Assembly (NCBI GenBank): GCA_040954595.2
Contig: CM082583.2
Coordinates: 4,331,374 to 4,395,373, forward strand
DNA length: 64,000 nucleotides
Reading direction: 5' to 3'
Source of the DNA: Balanoglossus misakiensis
Taxonomy: Eukaryota; Animalia; Hemichordata
Shown here: positions 25,801-38,411 of the stretch, piece by piece
Layout of the letters: each line of letters begins with the position of its first letter
How positions within the stretch are numbered: position 1 is the stretch's first letter
Program-made: the position numbers and the translations under genes
The notes under the pieces: model-generated
The model's database searches: none
What the model saw: only the letters and a program-made list of their open reading frames with translations
What the model was told of the DNA's origin: nothing

Positions 25801-28800
25801 ATCGCTTGGATTTGTGATTTTGTTGCCACCCCAATCTGAACAGGTGTGTGAACTGAATGTGAATGACCAAAGACGTTGTGAGAATGTTTTAAAGTGCCCC
25901 TGTAAGACAGCCAACATAGAGGCACTAAATAACAACTAAACAGCCAACACATTCATATCATGGTGGATACAAACACTTCATCTTGTATCAGCAATTGATC
26001 CACAGACAAGATCCCAAAATCATTTATTTCAGTTTGGGCAGATGACAATAAAACATTTTTGTCCACTATCTTGCTTTCTTCACAATGCTAGTCCATGCAC
26101 ACAGTTTGACCTGAAAGACCATATTAAACTGGCATAGATACTAGTACCAAAACATAGATTTAATTTTGTGCAAATGAACACACGTACGCACACACAAACT
26201 AAAAATATAAAAAAACAACCAGCAGAGAATAAAAACTAACTAAAATAGCAAATGTTTTTTGAGCTCAGCTATTTGTCAGCGACTAAAACTGTTTCAGTCA
26301 CTCTCCGTTAAATTGCTTTTTATTCTCTGCTGGTCGGATTTTCTATTTATACCTTCACTTTATTCTCTTGTGGCTGTGCAGTTTCTCCCACATTACCTAA
26401 AGGTTTTGATTTTCACATGCAAACTAATACAGTAAAACCTGTCTAACACCAAAGGGACTGAAGAAATTGTTGAGTTTGCAGAGGTGTCTGGTTTATCAAA
26501 GTGGTTCTATGTCAATGAGACAGGAATATGTGTTCGGTATAGGCAGGTTGCCAGATTAGACAGGGTTCGGTTTAATAGACAGGTTTTACTGTACTGAAAA
26601 ATACTCACTGACACAGTGTTTCTACTATGAACAGAAATGAATTCAAATCCAGACTTGAATTTAATTTTTAACAATAACAGTGCTGATGACTACTCGAGGC
26701 CTGTGTTAAAAACCTAAATACTGGGCAATTCTTTGTGTTTTTACAGAGTAGGTCAAGAAACCACACTTGATACATATATCTAAAAAAATACTTAGGAACA
26801 GCCCAAAGTTCGAGTTTCTTAGCTTTATAATCACCGTTGTTTTACTGTCACTAATTGGATAATGGAACAAAGTACACGCACACTGTTATTTTCGCAGATA
26901 AAGATTCTTATAAAAATACCTGTCAAATCCATGGAATAAGCTTTCTGTAATGAAAGTGAAAACTTTCCCGAGGGGTGAAATAACCCAGCAGGGTTTGATG
27001 CTGACATGAATGAAACATGACATTAATTTGCTTTGCCATTAATGTCATATTTCTGTTTTTCTCAAGGACACTTTATTGTGATAAAAGTATGTAGAACACA
27101 GGAATTTAAAATATGTCTGACATACATATTATGTAGTCAACCCAATTTTACAACAATTTTTTTAGGGAAGAGAAGCGTTAAAATCCCAGTGGTCATTATG
27201 TAAACTTAGAAATGGAAAGTGTTGCATGTCAGACTATGTGTGAACTGACATTTTGTTCTTTAGAGACTGATTGATATATCAATCAAGACTCTCTAAAATT
27301 GACTTAGCAAAATGTGATTTTCTGAACTACATGTATCTTCATTTGAGCTTTCTAGCTAATTTACCGGTATATAGATTTTCTAAGTGAAAAAAGTACATGT
27401 AAGTTTTTCAGAAAATGAAGTCAAAACCGATTGAATTCATCAGTCCTTGAGAAAGACACAGTTATAATTTTCATCCTTGAAAGACACCTTTCTAATTCCG
27501 TTTTGATTGAATTCATCATAAGTGCTAAAACGACTTCAACTAATGCAGTCTTTCAAATATGAAAAATATAATTGAGTCTAAATTATTGAAATACATGTAT
27601 TATTAGTTTTGTTCATAGTTGTCATGGTAACTACCCCGTACTTAAGGATGCAGGTCCCAAATCCCCATAAATATACATTTCCGTATTAAAAGACTTATTA
27701 ATTATGGGGAACCTGATTGCTACAGTATCATTACTTATGGTCATCATTTGCACAAGGCAAGTCTGCATCATTTTTCCAAAATGAATATAAATGTGTAAAT
27801 TCTGTTTTAGTTCCATATCTTTATCTTTTCATTCGACAGGCAGGTAAATTTGGGGAAAATTTACCGACAGCAAACAAGGAATTTCATTAATACATGTAGG
27901 TGTCGTACATTATTCTAGGAGATTTGAAAGGTCAGAGGTGTGAGATATGACTCATCCTTGTGTTTTCTCTTGTTTGCAGTGCAATTCAATCCCATGGCAG
28001 ACATGGACACAGTACACCACATGCTTCTCTATGGTTGTGAAGAACCTTTTGATTATTCAGAAAGCTGGTAAGTTGACTTGCTACAGTGAAACCTGTCATT
28101 ACAGGCACCTCTCAGGACAACTCGCTATTAAGGACATTTTTTCTAAGATAAAAGTTGTGATAAATTTAATAAATAAATTAGAATAAAATGAACTCATGGA
28201 CCCCTAATAGTGAGTTTGGTACCGTCACCATTGGATACACGTACATTGTCTTCATCTGGACAAGACCCAACCATCTTTGCATTGTACTCAAAATTTGTTT
28301 CCCAAATCCATGCTTAATAACAATGTATATCACTTGTTGATGTACCTTGCAGGCCCTGTGAATATCACACATGCAGAGGACGGGGCATGAAGATTCTATA
28401 TGCATGGGCCAGGAACGCCCCCGAACTCAATCTTCCAGAGGACGTTGGATTCCGAGTTGGTGGACGTGATTATTCAAAGTATTTAGTGCTTCAAGTTCAT
28501 TACAACAATGTTGATCGTTTCAGAGGTGAGTTTATGCGTTGAGTGTGACAGGGTTTGTTTGTACATCTGGAAAAGTCCTGGAATTTGGGAAACTACTTGT
28601 GGAAGTTTTTGGAGAAACGAAATATAGGTACTCCCAGTAATTCTGGAGAATTGATTGGGCATTTCTGTTTAGTGGTGGCGATTGTGTTTTAATGCTGCAA
28701 AAAGTCAATCCGTAAAATACTAGTCTCCTGGAAAATCACTCTGCATTATTTCTGTTTCAGCCGGTGGCAAGGATGACTCAGGAATTGGACTTACAATGAC

Positions 28801-31800
28801 ATATACTCCGTAAGTAGTCTCACTCATGCAATAAGATTGAGTTCTACGAATAGATACAGATCTAAGTTTGCATGATGTGCTTGAGCAGATATACTAGGGT
28901 AACTGTAATATTGAAATCCTCAGAATCCTTCTGAAATCTTGCAACATTAACTCTACTTAGAGCCGTAGTACCTACCCATACTATTCCACTATTTCTGATA
29001 TTGTTGCCATTACACTTACAGTTGTATATTACAAATATTCTACAAAACAGGATGAACACTTTTCAGACACGTTTTATGTCGACTTATCGATCATTATATT
29101 TATATAAACAAAAAAATATTTCTTTTTTTTTTAAATATCCTAACATGAATGTATACATTTGAACTTGACTTCTCTCGTAAGGCAATGTTGGGTCGTAATC
29201 TTTGATGTGATGTAATCAAGTCCTGTTCTTTTTTCTGCCTGCAGACAGCTGTATGTCGCTGGAATTTATTTACTTGTTTCAATGAACATCAATGTCAATC
29301 CTGGTGATGAAGGTAAGTCTCCAAAATTGTTCTGTTCTTTGGTTGAATTGGTTTGTCTTGAACGGAAAGATTTTTGTCCCAGAATAGCCACGAATATGGC
29401 AAGATGTACTTCAGATTTGATTGACAGTTGGAAATTGAATGTCAGTATATCAAAATTATTTGATCATTTTAGAGAAATTTGCCATTTTATTTTAAAAATG
29501 TGTAAAAAATCTGAATCAGTGTGAGCCTCGTTATTTGTTTATTTTTCAAGCTGTTCATGCAACCATTATTTGTTTGTTTTCAGGTGTTCACTCCAATGTC
29601 GTGTGTCACTATGAAGACAGACCGAAAATCTATGCATTTGCATACCGCACTCACACACACACTCTTGGTACAGTGGTCAGTGGCTACAGGGTGCGCAACG
29701 GTCAATGGTTGGAACTTGGAAAAGCCAATCCACAGTGGCCTCAGGTAAAATTTTTAATAATTTAACCATATTGATTTTTCTCTGTTTTCAAATAGGACAG
29801 TTTCCCAAAATGTGAAAATGTTACAAGTTTGTGGTTGTTCGGTGCACATAATGCTTCAAAATTTTAAGTTATTGTACCTTTAACAAGCTCATTCCTTTCT
29901 ACTTTTTTCCACTACAATCAGAAGTAGACTTTATTTTAATACAATATTTCAATTGTTTTATCAAAGGCGTTTTACTCAATGGATGATATCTATGAGATCC
30001 ACAATGGAGATACATTAGCAGCAAGGTGTACATTTTCCGGAAAAGACTTGGATCACAGTGTTCACGTCGGGTGAGTCAAAAAGATATTCTTCTTTCTGCA
30101 CCCAGTGGTACTTGAAATATTGCCAATTGTGATGTTCTCTCGATCATTACACCAAAATCAGTGTTCCTTCCAATGCTTATTTTCCTCATGAGTTGATCAC
30201 TGTCACATTCTGCCGTCACTGTGAAATGTAATGTTTTGCACAAATTCATTTCTTGTCTCATTTTTCAGCAATTCGATTTCCATAAAAATAAAATCTGACC
30301 TCAAGACAAGAACCAGTATTGTCAGTTTTAACTTACGTGTTCTACACTGAATTCAGGATGAAATTTGACAACAGTAAACAACAATATTTTGCTTACCAAT
30401 TCAGACATTGTTACTGGAATAGGTGTCCAGACATTTTGCTGTGTGATTTATTGTTTTTGCCTGTAGACATTGCCAGCAAGTAAATTAACGTTAGCAATAA
30501 ACTGATGTCTAACTGTTATCCTAAATTCAGTGTAAATCAACTGGCTGGATATTCAACCACGATTTAATTTTTCACTTTCAGTTCCACAAGCCATGATGAG
30601 ATGTGTAACTTCTACATCATGTACTACATGGACGCCGACGGCGACGACATCAAACAGTCCTGCAGCAAAAACGGCGACAAGGTCCATTTCCCAGCCGATT
30701 CGGATATACCCCCGTTTCCCAACGAGTACCTGCAGGATGAGATGGAGCAGCACCGGCACGACGATGACCATCCGGATTATCCGTACATGGATTATTACAC
30801 CGCTTACTTTGATGACAGCGGAGAAGACTCGGCGGAAAAGGCAGAGACTGCCACCGCAAAACCACAGGAGACGGCAGACAAAACGAGTAAAACTGACGGA
30901 GGAAAAATCGAACAGGACAAGGATTCTCCAAACGATGAGGCAGATAACCTTGACGATGAGGAGAAAGTTGATGAAGATGCAAAGACAGAAGTTGAAACAA
31001 AACCAAGCAAGTCAGAAAAGAACAAAATTGGTAAAAAGCCATTTTGAATAAATCAAGGTTCATATTTGGAATGGTCAAACATACTACTGAATTACTGCAA
31101 ACTTATCCTACAAAAATATATTTGAATTTTGACAAGTTACTAAAGAGTGCATATTATGATGTGTAACATTGAATGATGTATGAATTATCATATCAACAAA
31201 ACACCAGGATGGAGGGTCACTCAGGGGTCGTGAAAATGGCGTACGGTATGTGATGTTCCTTAGCATCGTATAATTTCACTTTATTTTGTTTTTGCAGATG
31301 ATTTCCATGAGGTGAAGCAGTGGCCATCACTGGACATTGAGTTGGGACAGATTGCTAGTTTGGATATTGATCCAAATGGAGATGTTGTGATATTTCACAG
31401 GGCTCATTCAAGCTGGAATGTCAAGTTAGTATACTGCAGTGTCATTATTTACATAATGTGCATGTGAAAGTTTTGTTCATTGTGTATTTGGATAAGTACT
31501 GGGTCCGCCATGTTGTGTTAAAACGTGTAAACTTGAATTCAAATGCCAATATACTTGACAGACTCGGTGTGAATTAAATAGGAAGTTGTCAGACTGAAGA
31601 TTTATGGGAGAGGTTCTTCTTCATTTCATTTCTGCCATTGATTTTTAATAGAGTAAAATCCCAGTAAAACTAATGAAGTCGTCATCTCTTGCTTCAGTGG
31701 TTTTTATGTTGCTTTTCTGTATTCTTGTTAAAAACCCAGACACTCATAATATGCAAGTCAGACAGAGCAATATTTTGCGTACTAATTTACATGCATGGTA

Positions 31801-34609
31801 CATGGGCCCTATATAGAGACAGCAGATAATTTACTGTACTGTGTATTGTCAATAGCCACCTACGCTCAGAAAAAAACAACTTTAGTATAATGTTACTTGT
31901 ACCAGTACTAGTGCTAATAAGGATATTTATAAATAATAAATAAATTAAAATACCAGTGCATACAGACTTTTGTATGAAGAAAGCAAACATTGGGTGCAGA
32001 AAACAAATGTTTCATTCTTCAGATGGAGCAAATTGGTGAAATTCCTGTTTCTCGATCTTCACAGGTCATTCGATTCCACAAACCGTTACAAAGCAGTAGA
32101 CAAGGGCGCAATCAGCGTCAACACAATTATTACAATCGATAAAGACACCGGAAAGGTCAAATATCAATGGGGCAAGGATCTGTTCTATCTCCCGCACGGA
32201 CTGACCATCGACAACAGCGGCAACATCTGGGTGACGGACGTAGCCCTTCACCAGGTGTTCAAGTTTCCCCCCGGTGGCAGCGACTCCCCGCTCCTGGTGC
32301 TGGGGACCAAGTTTGAGCCCGGCGACGACGACCGTCATTTCTGCAAACCCAGTGATGTGGCCGTGGAGCCGGACACCGGCAATTTCTACGTTTCCGACGG
32401 ATACTGTAACACTCGGGTGGTGAAGTATTCGCCCACGGGAGAGAAACTCTTCCAGTGGGGTGAGCCCAGTCAGCGTTCGTCTACAGGTGAGAGTGGCTGA
32501 CTTCTTGTTTTGTGTGTGTTTTCAAGCATACCACTGTACTGGTCAGTGGTTGTTTCCATTGCCCTAAATCACAGGCTCCTTTACAGCCAATGATGCATGC
32601 GTTGCTGAAATAAAGGGCGTGGTGGATCTGACAGACTGTTGAAGTATTGTATTGGGGGTATCATACAGTTTCAGCGAAAATGCAACAGAGCCAATCAGAA
32701 AGGGCATCTGATGATATGCCACTAATAGTAAACACACACTGTACGGAAGACACTTTGTGAAGCGATCAGTAATTGGCTCTAATTGCAATGAATTGCTTAT
32801 GAATATTGAATTACTCCATTCATAATCCCGCTGTGTGCCAGTGAAATCTGTGTGAACTTTTTTTCTTTCGAAGTAGAATTAAAACTATGGCTTGACTGCA
32901 TGGTTCGTTTTGTACAATGTTGTGATTGCTCATGGTTCTTTTACAATTATTTGTACATGAAAGAATGATGAGGAATGAATGGAAAAAATTTACAACTCTC
33001 AACATTTTCTCTTTGTATATTCTATTCTAGGAAATAGCTTTCCCCCACCAGGACAGTTCAACCTACCTCATGGACTGACCCTGATCGAAGAACTGCAGCA
33101 GATCTGTGTAGCTGACAGAGAAAATGGCCGCGTTCAGTGTTTCAAGAAAGAAGATGGTAGTTTTGTCACAGAATATCACCCAGCAGAGTTTGGTGGTAGA
33201 GTGTATGCTATAGACTACAACCCAGCCAATGGTAAGATGATTGTGACAACTACGTTGAAACGCATCTAAACCGTGGACATCAAGACAGACTGAATAAATT
33301 GTTCGTTTTGCAGAGGTGCATTGGTCGTGGTACTGATACAGTTTTCTCATTTGTTTGTAAATTCTGCAGGTGGTTTGTTGTATGTTGTGAATGGTCAGAT
33401 TGAGAAGCCCGGTTCAACCAAAGCACAGATCATTGCCTTGCAGCTTGGAACGGGAGAAGTTTTGGGAACATGGCAACCTGATGAGGTATGTTTGTCGTCC
33501 ATAGGTCAGAGTGTTGTCACCGTGTTGTAGCTATGGTTACCCGAGATTTCTCTCTGGTAGTCATAGCTTATATGACAGCTAGGCTCAAACTTTTACAAGT
33601 CATTTGAAAGATACTGTAGCATGTCCTGTGTCTTGTGTTGATGGTTTGTTTAAAGTCATTGAAAGTCATTGCTATCAAAAGCTTTACACTGCTTTTGTTT
33701 CTGAAATGAAATTGGTCTAATTTCTGCAACTGAAATTTGTTTGGGGATAGTAATGCTATTAGCGAATATTCTAGTTGAGTCGAGCCTGTATGTCATTGAA
33801 AAGTCCTGACTGTCATAGAGTTCAGTTTGCTGCAAATAGTTGATATTTTTAACATTTTAGACAACTTAAGAATTCATCAACTGATATAGATTATTTTTAT
33901 GTGCTCTCACTAAGTGTTATGTTTGATTCAACAGGGATTCAACAGACCTCATGGTATCGCTGTATCTGACGCCAATAATGCCATCTATGTTTGTGAGTTA
34001 GACCCACAAAAAGTTTGGAAGTTTGAACAAGGTAATGATTGCATATCAGGGTTAATGATAATAAGAAAAGTAAGGGTCCAAGAACAAGAAAGTACATAAT
34101 TGGGTCACAGTTCTTACATTTTCTAAATCTTGCAAATTTGGCTGTTTTAATATGAAACGTCATAATTACTTCATATGACGTTGTGTTTTCTCTCAGGTGA
34201 AAACAATTCCAGTAAACAAGAAGAAAACCAATCTACTGGTGGAGACATCCTTAACGAGGACGGGACATCGCAATCCTGGGGCATTCACAGTCGACACAGA
34301 GCTCAGATGCTTCCCACACTCTTAGTTATGATGCTACTGGCTGTGCCTATCATACTCATGACAATCATTGTCGTCGTCTTGAGACTTCGCGCTCAGGGCA
34401 AACTGCGGGTGCACGGCCTCAAGGGACTGTTGAATGGCTACAGGTCGACCAGCCACGAGGTCAATCTGGGGTCGTTCTTCAACCGGCACAAAGGCTTCAG
34501 CAAGGTCAACACGGAGGACAGTGACCACGACGACAACAATCTGAGCGAGGATTCGGATATCGACGAGTTTACGACGATGAACGTCAACAGAAATTCCCAG
34601 AATCTTTAG
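19871..34609 (+). CDS. PAM: Bifunctional peptidylglycine alpha-amidating monooxygenase (signal peptide, PHM, acidic linker, PAL, TM, cytosolic tail), 15 coding exons
   Basis: Exons 19871-20080 (start ATG 19871 or 19901), 23401-23455, 27980-28067, 28353-28525, 28761-28809, 29245-29312, 29584-29744, 29967-30070, 30582-31030, 31298-31424, 32065-32486, 33031-33231, 33370-33485, 33935-34031, 34197-34609. Cu ligands [29 protein letters not shown] repeats [41 protein letters not shown] and acidic tail. Confidence 0.96.
21688..21713. repeat. (GACA)n microsatellite
   Basis: About 6.5 units of gaca. Confidence 0.8.
26218..26333. repeat. 18-bp perfect inverted repeat with ~80-bp spacer (possible tiny MITE)
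   Basis: accagcagagaataaaaa ... tttttattctctgctggt. Confidence 0.5.
26430..26591. mobile_element. Tc1/mariner-pogo-like MITE (CAGT ends, TA target-site duplication)
   Basis: TA-CAGTAAAACCTGTCTA ... TAGACAGGTTTTACTG-TA, a 16-bp perfect TIR. A related lone end starts at ~28082. Confidence 0.8.
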
Positions 34610-37600
34610 AAGATGAGAACGGCCAGCCGGGCATATACATGTACTCATGAATGACTATGTGTTCTGAACTATATGAGCCACTGTATGCTGAAAAGTGGCC
34701 ACTGTTGATGCTGTATACCACAGATTATACAATGGGGACTGGATTGAAAGTGGGAGAACAAATGAACATGAAAGCAAAGAGTATTTCATGTACTGTAGAC
34801 ATAACAGAGTATACTGTGTACAGTCTGGACTGTGACACTCAACTGTATACCATCCACAAGTGTTTTTAAAATAGCCACAACCTGATCTGAAGATGTGCAA
34901 CAGTAAAATTTGTCAACCAGACTTCAGTAGTTTTTAACCTTCCTGACATGTGACTTATGTAAAGTATTACAATGTACATTGAATTATCATTTTACTCCCA
35001 GAATACTTTATTCAGTGAATATTTTATGAATGATGAATACTTTTTATTCTCTTTCTCGTCATTAATATCTCTTTAATTTTAATCGTCATACTGCTATTAA
35101 AAAAAATAAGATTTGAAAAAGATAAAAGGATCTTGAAAGAAAATGTAAAATTAATAAAAAAAGATTTGAAGGGTTGATTTCATGTAAGATTGGAGAATAC
35201 ATCTTCTAACCTGGATGTACTGTCTTTGCATCTAACTAAAGAAACAAAGTTTCTTGAAAAATGAAAGCCATTATTATGTGCCATTTTTAAGTGAAGATAT
35301 TTTTTCAGTGTATTTCTTTTTTTTTTAAATGGCATAATTTTGTGCAATATTTCTTTCTCTCGTGTGAGTTGTACTAGATATTGTCTTTTCAATTTATTTT
35401 TATAGTGTATTTACAATGTGAGAATATGCATTTTAGAAATAGCTGTGAAAGTTCTGAAATAGGGTTGTAGAAGTCAGTACTGAAAATATTCAGTTGTTTC
35501 ATAGTGGTTATGTATGATAAAAACTGATCTGGGTCATCTGATTTGGAAACTATATTATATCCATCATTAGTTGAAGTGATAAAGATAAAGATGGAAGGGT
35601 TATTTGAGAACTGTATACGTTAGAGCAGTACATACCATACCTGTTTTATTATGTGAATAATATTCAGTGATCTTGACCTGTATTTGTGGTAATTTAGAAG
35701 TGGCAATCATGGCTTGAATGAGCAGAGCTGTGACACTGTATTATATACATTAAAGAAAAATTTGTAGATTAATTTGTTTCGTCTGGTTGAAATTCAACAG
35801 TGAGTTGCCATTTTAAAGTCCCTGCGGACAGAGTGTTTACTTTGTAGTTTATCATGCAGGGACTGTGTCATCGACAATGATTTGTTTCTTTTCTTTTTCT
35901 ATGGCCGTGGCCAAGAAAAAAAAATCATACTAAGTTCATAGCTTACATACTGCATTACATTGGGGCATGTTTTCTAGTATAGTGTTAAGCCATGTGTTTA
36001 TTTTGGCCTAAGTGGCTGATTCTGGCATAATTTTGACTTTTGTGTTCATGATAAAAGCTGATCACTAATAGAAGTTCCCATGCCTCTTTGAAACTAACAT
36101 ATCCCCATGACAACTAACATATCAATCAAATGCATAACAATGAAATAAATAGCACCTTTTTAATGATCACCCTTTCAGTGCCATCAAATTAATAAGCCTC
36201 GTCTCTAATGATGAAGTGAGGATTTTCGAGATGTTTCTCAATATTGTTTCATGTGTTTGTACTGTTGGTTCATGTTGAAATGGTCTCATAGTCGATGCAG
36301 CAGTTGTGAGGCTCCAAGGTATTTGACATGCTGGATTGTAATATTTATGCTTCGGCTCAGCTGTAGTTGTGTCATTTAATTGTGCAGGAGACTCAGCTTG
36401 ACCATTAAAATGATTGCAGTCGTGGTGGCTTATAATGAGGTAGTGAGGCCCCCTAGGTAAGTGATAAAGAATCACACTGTTACGGGCCAGCTATTTTGTA
36501 AGAAAATTAGTTTCAGTGATAATGTATATGAAAGTCGGCAAAGCAAGAAAGACAAAATGAACTAATAACTCCAAAACTTTGAAATGATACCATAAGTAAT
36601 AAAAATATGATCAGTATAATGTGATCACAAAAAAGTAAAATAAAACGAAAATTATATTAATGTCACCATTGGCTGTCTGTAAACACCGAGGGTCAAGTAC
36701 TAGTATTGGGATTTCAGCTACACCGGTCATGCATAACTCTCTCTACCAATTAGATTGGACTAGATGATGACATTCCAGGCAGCCTATGTCAGAACTGTTG
36801 TGCAAACCAACAAATTGATTATTCGGGTCAAAATTATATTTATGTTGAAAGGGCAAATATGTGTTCGATGTACAACAATGTATATGTATGGTAAACGATC
36901 ATTGGATGGACTGTGGTTTGAGACTGATTCAGACAAGTTTAGTTCCGGTAATTTCCATTGATTAAAGGCCTGTTTTTTGTTGACGTGGATATTTCTATAG
37001 AAATAAACAATATATATTTTGTCTGTGTATAGCAACTGCTTATTTGGAAACAAAAGGTCCCCAAGTGACTGTAAAGTGTATCTTTACCAAAGTATGTCTA
37101 ATCCAACTGTAATTATCCCAGAGAAAGCAGTTGATCTCTGTCATAGCTGTCAACATTAATGTCTTTTTCGTGCGTGTCATTTACCAAGATTTGAGGAAAC
37201 CTGTACTTAAGATGTAGATAGTTGATTCTAGTGTGATCATGATGAACATAAATGTATATTATTATGTCCGGATGCAAAAGTATACATCATTGAGAGAAAC
37301 CAGTTATTTTTATAGCAATGAAGTCAGGCATATGTGTCCGTGCAAATAGTGATGGTGTTTTCAACTGGAATGTCCAATGCTTTTACAGTCAGTGCTGAAA
37401 TAAGTTGTGTGTGTATTTGCACCCATGCTGCATTTTTATTTCGTCATTTTCCTCATTAAATCGAACTGTGAAACCCTTTGTCTCAAGGTAGAAGTACATG
37501 CCTCGTAGACAGATTTTCAGAAATAGAATAGTCCTCAAAAGCTGTTAATTCGTTCCTATATTGAAGTGTGTGAGGAGACAATCAATTTTTTTTCTCAATT

Positions 37601-38223
37601 AATTTCTTTTGGCAGCTACTGATATGGAAATGTTTTTTTTTTTGTCCAAGAGGCAGAACATAAGAACTCTCTTCAGTTCTTGAATTTGGAATGGATTCAC
37701 TTTTTCATGCACTAGGTCTGAAAGTCATATTTTGCATGCTGTGCATACTGCATTATTAAATACAGTATAGATGTGCCATATTTGTATATCAGTGTTCCAA
37801 TGTTTAAAAAAGCAAATTCTGCGGATCTTGTGGGATTCTGATGTTATGGTCACATGCTTGTGTTGCAAACAGTTCTATGTTTATGCATTTATGTTGTACA
37901 GGGGCTTATAATGAAACTGGCCAATTAAATAAAGGTACTGAACAATTTCATGCGCATTGTTGTCTTTTAATGAAAAAGTATATTTGCTGAACCCATTTTG
38001 CTGTGTAAATCATTCTTTGTAAAATCTCATATTTCTCGCTTTAAAGTGAAGACGCCAAGACAAAACAATGCCTAGTTGAAGAGCGCCCTCTTTGGTAACT
38101 CAGGAAGAACATGAGACTGCAGCAAAACTGAACTTATTTTTTTTTCTATACCTGACATACAAATAAAAATACACACAAAATGAAAACAGTGAAGCCAACA
38201 AGACGTATGTATTTCTTCTGATT

Positions 38224-38411
38224 GAACAACTCAATAATCAACGTCTTTCTCTAGCTGAAAGGCAACTTTAAACAATATCATAAGTAATAATAAATGATAA
38301 AAATAATGGGATTGCAAAAGGTACAAATTAAAATGGGAAATTAAATTGATGTCATTTTTGAACATCTCAATAATCAATGTCTTCCTCTAACTGAGAGGCA
38401 ACTTTAAAACC
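38224..38411. repeat. ~50-bp direct duplication at the 3' end of the GT4-like gene
   Basis: gaacaactcaataatcaacgtctttctctagctgaaaggcaactttaaa (38224) vs gaacatctcaataatcaatgtcttcctctaactgagaggcaactttaaa (38360). Confidence 0.7.
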
